This document shows positions 53,558 to 64,000 of a stretch of 64,000 bases of DNA, piece after piece. Made by a program: the position numbers and the translations under genes. The notes beneath the pieces were generated by a model that searched no databases, was not told the origin of the DNA, and saw nothing but the letters and a program-made list of their open reading frames with translations. This DNA comes from Tubulanus polymorphus. Its lineage: Eukaryota; Animalia; Nemertea. Each line of letters starts with the position of its first letter. The first letter of the stretch is position 1. The stretch lies in assembly GCF_964204645.1 (NCBI RefSeq), contig NC_134028.1:2356001-2420000 (forward strand), given 5' to 3'.

Positions 53558-56500
53558 ATATTTGGTTTTCTCGTTATATCAGGGGTAAGCTACGTTGCTG
53601 ATGCTGCGTAGGTTGCTTATCCCTGTTCTAGTCTGTTGCGCGCTGCTTTCTTTGACAAAAACGATCATATTTTGACGGTTGTTTTTAGTAATGACAAACT
53701 TATATGTAATTTTTCATTTAAGGAGTTATTCGATGAAAATGATTTTACAGATTATTTTGAAAAGTTTTTGCCGAAAAAGTTTTGAAAATTATCGATATTT
53801 CTAATTCCTTAAATGGACATAAGCGCATTTCAGAACTTATGACGAAGAATAAAATCACCGAAACATCTTAAATGCACTTTTGGTTAGTCGTAGAAAATAT
53901 TGAAATCAATTTGAAAAAAAAAACTTGATTATAGTTTTTCTCTATGTTTATAATAATTATTATTGGATTTTGCTTGTCTGTGCTTGAATTTATTTATTAC
54001 CGTGTCTCGTCTCAACAAAGCGTTCTTGTATATAGAGAATGACAGGGACACTAATCACTCAAGGTTGATCAAAACAAGTAAACCGGTAAATTGACTTGTA
54101 CAATGTATATGACATAGGACATGATTTACATAAAAACGGCTACTTTTTGTGTTAATTTCTTCTTTGAATTAATGACCCTATTTCGTCTAGATTCGATATA
54201 ATATTCTGGTAACAAATTGAATTGATTCTTTCGCCGTCTTCAGGACTCGGCGCAGCAGGTGAAATTTTCCTTTACAAAAAAAGATTCTCCAGAAGTCGTT
54301 GAATGAATAGTTTCTCCGAGGTTTTTCTCTCAAAGTTGAGTTGTTCGCGTGCGTAAGGCTGGAGAAAATTAATCTTTTGAAATGACGTTTTCGATGAGGT
54401 TTCTTCGCGTAAGAAGATCGTGAAGGTTGCACGAGACTCGTACATGTTTTTTTCTATTCAATTAAACGCAAAAGTGAAAACTTACCAGAAATCGTTCCAA
54501 TTTTGTTGATCGTTTCGAATTATGTTAATTGAAATTTTAGAATTTTTGTCAGCCCCATTGAGTTTCCTACTGAATAGTGTGTATAATGTATACCTAGGAT
54601 GTGTTTGATTTTTTTCAATTTGAAGTTCTAGTTATATGTAGTTAAAACCCTTCACAACGCCTCCGGTATTTTCATTTTAGTTCATGAAGAAGTTTGTTAA
54701 AGGTTAAATTCTGCAATTCGCAGAAGAGTAAAACATTTAAAAGTTATGTAACTAAATTCAGCCTATTTTTCACCGACCTATGAATTCAGTTAAACACGTA
54801 GATGTATCAGTGTTCTTTCGTTGAATGCTAGTGGAAATCTTTCACTTGTAAATTTCCTTTTAAAAAGCTTGACATTAATGCGGCACCAGTTTGGTCCCCT
54901 CTATAACGTCGTCATCGTCGTTCGGTGCTAGCAAACGTTCACCCTCCGTATCGAACCAATTCTCGTCGTTTCCATGGTAATTTTTATCCACAAATTTGTT
55001 GGCAAAATTCTCACACGCCGTTGATGACAATCAGTTATGACAACAAACGTTAATTTTCAGGTAACTTCTGTAAACGTTGACACCGGTGCATGGGTTTTAT
55101 ATCAACTATAGACCTCGATATGGTTGTCTTTCACCTCGATAACATAAACTACTTCAAATTCAGGATATAGGTTCACAGTTAAAACGTACCAGCTTCATGA
55201 GCAGCTTCGTTTTCCTTTAAATCAATTATGAAATCACCTTATTGTATACTATAATATATCGTTTAGTGTAAAAAGTAGAAAATCTTTAAAAAAGTGTCAG
55301 TTATCCTTTAAATCATTCGTCTTCGCTATGAATAAAGAATTATTAATAGCTGCTTTGTCTTAATAAACGCTCAGCGAAACGACGTTGTATTTTTTGATCA
55401 GCTAATTTGTCATTTGAAGCTCGATAACTATGAGATTTAACGTTGATATGTACTGCAGTTGTCATTGATCAGTATTGTATATAGATATGAGGTTCAATGA
55501 TGAAAAAGCGTGTAGGAAATATATATTAAGTGTCCGATGGTGAGAGGCGGTTGATAGATTTCGAATGTCCGCCTGATGTCTACCATCAATATAGGATTAT
55601 CCCGTTCTGGGCATCATTGATAACTTCGTTCGATCTTCCCGCAAATAAATCTTTTCCTGGTTTTTTTTTGTTATAAGGCGTTATAGCGGCTGCGGCGATG
55701 ACGCAAATATTTCCGTCATCGCCGGTAATATTGTCGAAATCGCCTGTTTTAAACGCTAGCGACTAAAACCTTAAAGAGCTTTATCTGATAACAAAATGTG
55801 TTATAACGCGATGTTAACTTTGATAATATTACGTGGTATACAACAGACAAGAGAGACTATAGCTGGCTGTTCATTTCACATCGGTTCGTTCCCATGCATG
55901 CTTCGGATAACGCTTAGTTTTTTTATTACATAGTTGATGAATTATTGGCACAATGCGTTCAAAATGACCGCTGTAGATCGGTGAAAATTGATGGGAAATG
56001 TCAATTTGAAATTGGTTTTGCGTCGGCCCGAGACTAACGTTATTGGTCCCCGGTCGATTTGAAAAGTCATTTTTATTCGCTCGATTGATACGAGAAAATC
56101 GATTCGATTTGGTCGGCGCGGGCGGGTGGGAGACGGGTCAATTCGATGGATTTCTTTACATTCGTATATTTGTCACCATGGTAACTTAAGATCTAGAAGT
56201 CGAGGAGTTGACGAGATGTTGTGAGATCAAACTTATCTCTCCTCGTCGTCGTCATCATAAAAAATATCATCATCATCATCGAGCATTGACTCGAGCGATG
56301 CCGAGCGGTGCGGTTATTCATCGATTCATGTCGACGATGGTCAATCTGAGCTAATCCGGTCGTCTCGACGACGGAGCGAGTAAGTCGCATTAACGTACGT
56401 AGCTCTGAGAATGTTCCGATGTCTCGTATCTCGTGCGTTGTGGTCACAGGGTGGAATCTCTTATCAGCAAATCAGGGAATTGTATTTTCTTCTCTTCACA

Positions 56501-58418
56501 GATGTCCCTGGCAAACTATGAATGCTGTAGCCCCCTAGTGCACAACTCCTCAATTTATCTTCTGATTGGGTCAAACAGGCACAGGCATTCTTTGGCAACT
56601 TTGTGAACAAATTCGTCCATGGCTGTACATGTGATCACGGCTATATGTATGATCACGGCTATATCAAGCGCACATTTCATATTTTGATCGATGTAAATAG
56701 TTTGAAGTTGTAGTTTAACCTTAGAATTGTCTTAAAAAGATGATCCGAACTCCGTTTTAAAAAGCTACATGATGATAATAAATGGAACGACACGTTTTTC
56801 TGATATTAGTGTCGTGAGTTGTGTATTAATTACTGTTATTATGAATTGTGAATTAATCGGTGATGAGAGGAACTCCCACGCACCACCATCTCGCCATCAT
56901 CGTGCACCATCGTCTCACCATCATCGTGCAGCATCAGTCACGATTCTACTCTCATTATAACCATGGTGATTGTCTATTGTTTCATCATTCATTGATTTCG
57001 TTAGTTATGTTATTTTGAGTTTGGCGCGTGAGGTGGTGGGCGCAACAGTTTTTTAATTCAATCCCCATTCTTTCCATATTCTTTACTATGTGACTAAAAA
57101 TGGTTAATAGTTAGAATAGCTTCAGGAGATTGGTCGACTCCTTGATGTCCGATGACGGACTTGTGGACATTCCTGGCGATCTTCAAATTTAGCAAACGAC
57201 TAAGATGTTTTCTAGAGTTGAAGATACATTATGAATACGATTTAGCAACAAACTAAAGATAGCGCATTAGTGAGCAACGAGGCTTGATAAGTTGTTATGG
57301 ATTCCAAGTTTCTCATTCTGATAGATATCTTTTAGTTTAAGTTATTTTGATTCCAAATGCTTTATATAGAATCGTCCGATTTCTGTAACCTGCAGGACGA
57401 ACTGAAGTTAATAAGTTCAGCATCGTTAGTGTAATTTGTGAGGTTAATTCCTCAATGGAGATAAACTATTTGCCTGTTCTCTCAGTACTGAAGTATAGAA
57501 CTAGCCGTTGGCTTCGTTTTGCTGTCGAGGCAAGTTAAGAGTCAACGGAATTCAATCAGTAGTATTTGTCGATTCAATTTAATAGATCGACGACGCAATG
57601 CCGCAACGACTGACGTTGATTAACGAAGCACGACTGAAAACAGCGACTTACGTCTTTACTGTTTAATCATTAGCTGCTCAATGCTATATAGAGCAGGGTC
57701 CAAACGACTTCTTGATTTCGTAAAAACTCCTTCTCAATTGAAAGAAGGCTACAGTTCAGCTGAGACTAGGATTTTATCTTTATTATAGCCCAAGAAGGTA
57801 TTTACCAAATTAGAAACAAAGTTAAGGTAGTTTAAAGGGGAATGATTACTTCAATTTACCTAAATCAACAGTACCCAACTGTTGTTTGGATATTGATGCG
57901 GACAATTCCTCGAAATTTGAAATTTTCTCCTTTGAATTCCTTGAAAACTCCTCCTATATCCGTGAAAGACTGATCTATATGGACTGTGTATAGTAATCTC
58001 TCCATCAATCCCGGTCACTATTGTACGGTTGTTAAAGTTACATGGGAAATTGAATGATTCCAGCACTATCTGTTCAATCTGCCGAAATTGAAATATCGAT
58101 AATGTTCAAGCTCAAAACAAACATTGTTTCCGATGTAAATTAGATCATCTAACGTTGGGAACTTCGTGAAACGTAATTTCTCTCTCGAGCCGCTTTTTGA
58201 GATATTGACTGAGCTGTCATTTCAATGAAATTAGTCGCGAACGCGTCGCGGTTGAAGCTTTTAAATAGCTGTTTAGATAATGTTCTTTCGGGAAAGTATT
58301 TCGATAATGAAAAAGCCGACTACGCGATGATAACTAATTAGATTTAGATAAGTGTGCGAAGTCACGAACTGCGATGAATTCATTAACCACGCTCTTCTTC
58401 GTTTCTATTTTCAGCGTT

Positions 58419-58596
58419 ATGTCCAATATTTTCCAAGTCTTCCTACTAATTTCATCATGGCTGCTGGCGACCGTCAGCCCGTCTCGGTACTGGGAATACT
58501 GCGTGATAGGAGCCGGGCCCGCCGGCCTACAACTCGGTCATTATCTACAGAAAGCTAACAGAGATTATATGTTATTCGAACGCGGCAATTCTTCAG
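58419..58596 (+). CDS. FOXRED2: FAD-dependent oxidoreductase domain-containing protein 2, first coding exon (gene continues beyond window)
   Basis: Signal-peptide-like MSNIFQVFLLISSWLLATVS followed by EYCVIGAGPAGLQLGHYLQKANRDYMLFER (Rossmann GxGxxG, FOXRED2-like context). Acceptor ttttcAG at 58414 and donor G|GTAAGT. An upstream in-frame ATG at 58374 is an alternative start. Confidence 0.85.
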
Positions 58597-58953
58597 GTAA
58601 GTTTCCCGTTTTACTGAACGGAGCGCGACGACGACGAACGAACGTTCCGTCGAGAATAATCGCTTCAGTCTGCGCCGAGATTGGAATAATCATTGACCTG
58701 AGTTATTCATAACCCACAGGTCTTGTTTTATTCAACGCAATTCGCCACTCAACTTGTTATCTAATTATATAAATGCGACATTTCGTCGATGATCGGTGTC
58801 TGAGTTATGAATCCCGCCGGACTAGTTAACTACCTCTACCTCCATCTCGGTAACGAGTTTAAACCTATTCTACCTATCAGCGATCGATGACTACTTTACT
58901 TGCATCATTTATTGAAATAGAAACGTATTCCAACTTCAGATAACCTACAGCTG

Positions 58954-59066
58954 GGGCCAGTGGTTTGAAAGTCGGTTAGAGTAAACCAGTGGATAGTTGA
59001 GAAGCTCGTTGTTACTAACTATAGTATTCATCCGCTAGTTAACTCTTAACAACTTTGCAGTCCAGG
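58954..59066. mobile_element. Truncated GGGCCAGT-type MITE
   Basis: Starts CTG|GGGCCAGT like the 17955 element; imperfect inverted arms AAAGTCGGTTAGAGTAAACCAGTGGA / TCCGCTAGTTAACTCTTAACAACTTT. Confidence 0.4.
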
Positions 59067-59556
59067 TTTTTGGAAAGTGGTGAAAGATAGGAAATGATGC
59101 TTGTTTATGGCACGAGCATCATAGGGGCGAAGAAAGTCGTGCCAGACCTGAGGAATTCCTTAAGTAGAGAAGCATTTAGTTGCATTATCAGAATACATTT
59201 CTTATACAATATACATCCCTTAGTGCCCTTTTGTATTCATATATGTTCTCTTTACTAATGTATTTAAGTTGATGATAAATTCGAACGCGTTTCCATTCTT
59301 GTATTTTTGAGCCCGCAGTCGGTTAAGCCCCAAACCGCCCTGTTTTACCATTGAACTCAGTCGACCATTGTCAGCTCGACGATCCGTAGAAAATCGTAAA
59401 AGTGTGCGCCCGGCTTCAGAAACATTATGCGAAATTACGTGCGTCATATTTGATCGTAACCGACGTGGAAAAAGCTTCGGTAATTAATGATAAACAACGT
59501 CTTGTCACCGATGAATGACAATTCGACTAATGCTAAATTCATGTTCGATATATATG

Positions 59557-59587
<31 letters not shown>

Positions 59588-60267
59588 GCGAAATAAGAAA
59601 TTAATTCATTAATGCGTAGATCTGTTGTGCGTCGATCGAATACGTACGTTTTTTATGGGCGTATAATGAATGAAAATCTATCCCATTTGCCGTAATGGAT
59701 TGTGATACGGACAAACAAGTTCGGCGTAGGTTTCATAATAACATCCGTTCAGATAGCGGTTTATATTTTTTATCTCACCGGTGTTTTTATCGGTTATGTA
59801 CTTTTCTTTAGGTTTTGACCTCGGAGGTCTCTGATGTAGATAATTACCTCAACCTATTACAGATCATATATATATATATATATATTTATAAATTATTAGC
59901 ATTATTTTGGTCAGTTTCAAATTAGTCCATTCTCTGTACGGCCAAGAATGGACTAAATAGTGATGATGTGAACGTGGCTTTAAGCTCATATTTGATAGAT
60001 TTCCCGCACGTTCATTGATGAAGGTGTTATTATTCATTATCAATTTACATTCGGCAGACGCTGAATTTATGATTCCAGTTCATGTCGTTGAATGAAATTT
60101 CAGGCTGAATTCATTCATTTTGAAATGACTAATTTTCATTCGCGCGCTCTTTTATATTCAGCGCAGTAGACTCAACTGATTCCCTCGTCGATTCAGTATT
60201 CAACTGAAAATTGTATAGAGAATCCTGTAAATCGAGATAGATTGAGTCCTTTTAGCTAATCATTCAT

Positions 60268-60420
60268 TGATTTCCACTATAACCTTGTAGTCATCTGTGT
60301 TTTGAGAGAATCTAATAGTCATCATCAGCAATACTCGGTTAACAATAAGTTGTTTTTGTGTTTAACTCAGTTTTCCTGAAGATGACTATAAGTTTATACT
60401 TGAAACGTCGAATCAATAGA
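60268..60420 (+). mobile_element. Penelope-like terminal-repeat remnant with hammerhead motif and inverted partial copies
   Basis: UUC-CUGAAGA-U-GACUAUA-AGUU-UAUACUU-GAAA-CGUC-GAA at 60373-60412; inverted partial copies at ~60271-60296 and ~60311-60342. Confidence 0.55.
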
Positions 60421-61188
60421 TTATTAACTTATATCAATGTGGGATTCTCTGTATATCGTCATAACGCAGACGTCAATGGTTAACTGAAACTTTAAAATGA
60501 AAAAGATGATCCGCTTTGATATGTTTTTGATAGATTTCATAGGAAAGCGGATGAGACGCTATCAGTTCGCCGATTACGCGTATTTCCCCGAGATTCCTCA
60601 TTCTCTTTGTCAACCGGTTTCGTACTTTCAGCTCACGTTTGCTTTTAAGACCATCGGTCGTCGAAACGAACAAATTCTGTTAACATCGGGCGACCATTAG
60701 TTGTTCGTTCATCGACGGACACGGTAATCCGGTTCCGTCAACGATTGTTTTATCAAACGGACGAATGAAAAAAAAGAGCGCGTTGTCGCCGACTGACCAG
60801 ACATCTCACCGAACCACCGGTCTCAACCTACGTTTATTCCGGCCACGTCATTTCCTATACATAATACATTAACGTTTCTCTTTGATCTATTTGATTCTGT
60901 TAAGCATCAGGGGGGAGGGGAGGTTGGAGGATCCACCGCCACACGATATCATAAACAAATCATCAAAAAGTTTCCGCCGAACTTTAATGACAATTAGCTA
61001 AAGTGGCTCGTTTATATTTATCGTTTCAATTATAAACTTCATTCTTCCTCGCTTTATCAAAAACCCTTACATTAGGCTTTAGCTATACGGTAAACGTATA
61101 TATTTAACTTCTAAAGCCACTTTTTCGAATAAGTTCAAAGCTAAAACCTCTTATGAAACCAGTTAAAAGGAGCTGTTTCATCAACAAT

Positions 61189-61193
61189 GCTGC

Positions 61194-61234
<41 letters not shown>

Positions 61235-61241
61235 CTGTTGT
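61189..61241. repeat. (CTG/TTG)n trinucleotide repeat
   Basis: Direct read. Confidence 0.93.
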
Positions 61242-64000
61242 TCATATTTTTATCATGAATCTCAAGGCGCATTGATATTTACCATGAAGTGAAATTATAA
61301 TTAGTTGCTTTTAACGACTTTCTTGTGATCGGCGACTTCAACAATTGAATTTAATCTCGCTCGGGCCGAGGGCCTGATTTCATTCATTTACCGGCGAGTT
61401 GAACTGTAAATGTAGATTTCGTCGCTATCGGCTACAGTTTCTGTAGTTGTATTTTTCAATTCGTAGTCGAGGAGGTCGGTTAATGTCAGAGATTGAATTA
61501 TTTGATAAGTCTCGCATTAGTTATTGCGGTTGTAATGGACCGTGGCTAAACCTGTGCACACAGGTAACAAATATACAAACACTCGACTCCATTTACGCAC
61601 CTTAAATCAACAGTTTGATACGACAGAGAGGAGATATCCTCGGACCTGCCACGGATCTGCCGCGTGGGTTGCAATTGCTCGACTTTTGAATTATTAATAA
61701 AACTATTATGTAACACTCACCATTCATCATTATTCGCATCTAAAGATTTAATTCACTCTCACACTTTATCGGAAGTATTGATTGATGGACACCCTGTATT
61801 TATATAACTTCATTCAACCGTTTCATTGAATATGACTCTAATATTTGCTGTTTTGTGATGGTTCGATGTGACAGCTGCTATCGAAATATGAAATTAACAC
61901 CGAAAATTGAATACTTCAGAATCTTCATCTGTATTTACCTAATCAATTTTTCATCAAAGTTTGAGCTATGAATACCAATAGAGCCTAACATGTATAGTAA
62001 TTGTATGTTCTTAAACATAAATGTTTATACCCATGATGTGAGTTCATTTGGCTCCCACTGTAAAATTTTAATCAACATTCTAAAACCTGCTCGGAATGAG
62101 CGCTCAGTTCCCAATTCCTTTTAACATCCATTTCATTGCGTTACATTTTTAATATCAAAAAATCTTCTTTCTCTATTGGCTGCGTGGGAGAAATTTACTA
62201 TTCAAGGTTGTGGCTTTTTGTCTCATTTTCAGTAATTTTATCGCTAAATCCGAGAGATCGTGACTTCCATTGCGCCAAAAATAGAGAGCTTTTAATGTTA
62301 GGAGTATTAAAATGTTATTTCTGTAGTGTAGCGGGTATTTCTGGTAGCGTTGTCAGCGTACATGCGTGTTAACTCGGTGTTTCTTATACGCAGAGAAAAG
62401 TTAATACACATCGCTGACGTAATGCTCACCATCTTACTGGTCGCCCACTCAATTCTCTTTCGTTGCTCATCAATTTGTTTCGACCTCGAGGACGTCCGTT
62501 CTTTCAGTCGTCAGACTCTTTCTCTCCTTCCCTTCCTCTCCTTCCCCTCTGCACCTCCCATCCTCTCTCCCCTCTTTCTACCCCTCCCTCCCTCCTCCCT
62601 CATCTACATATATTTGTACTGGCCAATTCTGACTTGACACCGTTGTTGTTATGTTCGTGTACTAGGCCTACCATATGACAAGTCAACCGTCAATAGTGTC
62701 CCCGCCACGAAACTTAACAGTCTTAATGTTGTGATAATGATAGCGCTAAATGTATCATTAAGCTCTCTAATGCAGGTAGTTGTTGTCGTGTTCCTGAGGT
62801 TCTTTTCACCATTTGCATCTGATTAGTAGCGTTCACGTGTGTATTTAGCAACACTGGTTACAAGCAGATTACCGACTGTCTCTTAGTCTGTTACCAGTAG
62901 CGAAATGATTATTACCAATTACGCTTGCTAGTGCGCGTACGTTGACAACAGTAACACCACCATCAGCATCCGTCGCATCAGCAAACTGTCTCATATCAGC
63001 CTCCGCAACAACCGATCTGTGCGTATCTGTTCAGATCTTCTGGACAGTTGTGATTGTTATCTATAGGATTTCCTGTCCGGCCTCGGTGATTCCGCTATTA
63101 TGCAGCTACGTGATATCAGATAATAGATGCTGATATTTTAGTACGGGGCCATCGGTCATTGGCGAATAAGCAGCCGGATTGTGGGAATTGGTGACCAGTC
63201 ATTACGAATATAGTGAACTGTAGCATTTATCCGTTTGGCCAGTCCTAAATTTCTCTAGGGTGACCCGGGTTGACTGAGGCGTACTAAATGGGATGATCGA
63301 AAACCTACCCAAGCGTTCTGGTGTCGCATATGGAAAGGTTACGACACTCAATTTTCAATATTTAGCCCTTGGGAATTTGATCGTTGTGTTCACGTTTCTT
63401 CCCTGAGATGTGAGATTCTCAACGCTGTATTGTATTTCAGGTGCTATATGTTTTTTTCGACCGGAGATCGTTCTTTAATCTTTTTGAAGCCCGATAACAA
63501 CGTCGCGCTACTCTGCGCTATGTGCTGATGAAATATTTGAAACATTTGAAATATTCTATAGATCTTCAACATTAGGGCATTGCTGTTCGTTTGTGCGCGC
63601 AATGTTCTGTAGCCATAGACACAGATTTGAATTATTCTTCGTGCCTTTGACAAAAAGATGCGCTGAAATGATCAAATTGAAATTCATCTTTCGGGATCCA
63701 TGCAGAATATTGCACTTTCATTGATTGCTGTTTCTAATGGCTTCTTGTCAAATGAAGTCACTCTTAATTAGGTGTTTGATTAAATCAATTTATCATCAGT
63801 TTTGCTCGGCATTACTGTCTACATCAATTCTCATCAAATTTATGTAATGTTCTCATTCATTTCGGATTCTATCTTTCGAACCGTTTGACTCTTTGAAGTC
63901 AGACTCCGATTTAAGTGTATAGACATACAAACACAGTAGTCGTAGATTCACCGGGGACTCAATCTCAAGTCAGAGATACAAGAATTGATTCTACATCGAT

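Noticed and set aside
50880-63440. Possible microRNA hairpins or tRNA genes in intergenic and intronic DNA
   Set aside because: No conserved mature miRNA sequence or tRNA A/B-box cloverleaf recognised by eye; a covariance-model search would be needed to exclude them.

Overview
AT-rich eukaryotic (metazoan, invertebrate-like, possibly lophotrochozoan) genomic DNA with GT-AG spliceosomal introns; there are no prokaryotic features. Four protein-coding genes were reconstructed by hand with consistent exon phases. (1) A + strand NR1-subfamily nuclear receptor of the ROR/Rev-erb/E75 clade, with 8 coding exons at 24664-39016 (about 944 aa), a ~510-aa single-exon hinge, a probable alternative upstream start exon at 14584-14622 and a long 3' UTR. 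(2) A - strand, short (229 aa) ELOVL fatty-acid elongase at 44400-45338. (3) A - strand stand-alone formiminotransferase-domain gene (FTCDNL1-like, 323 aa) at 48044-50047. (4) The first coding exon of FOXRED2 on the + strand at 58419-58596, with the rest lying beyond the window. Non-coding DNA contains microsatellites, a higher-order minisatellite, several MITE families and five loci with minimal hammerhead-ribozyme-like motifs (CUGANGA-stemII-GAAACGU) of the type associated with Penelope-like retroelements. One of these has an intact core and lies sense just downstream of the ELOVL stop codon, and another is interrupted by a MITE. Clusters of nuclear-receptor response elements lie upstream of the receptor gene. 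All assignments come from reading motifs by eye; no database search was run.
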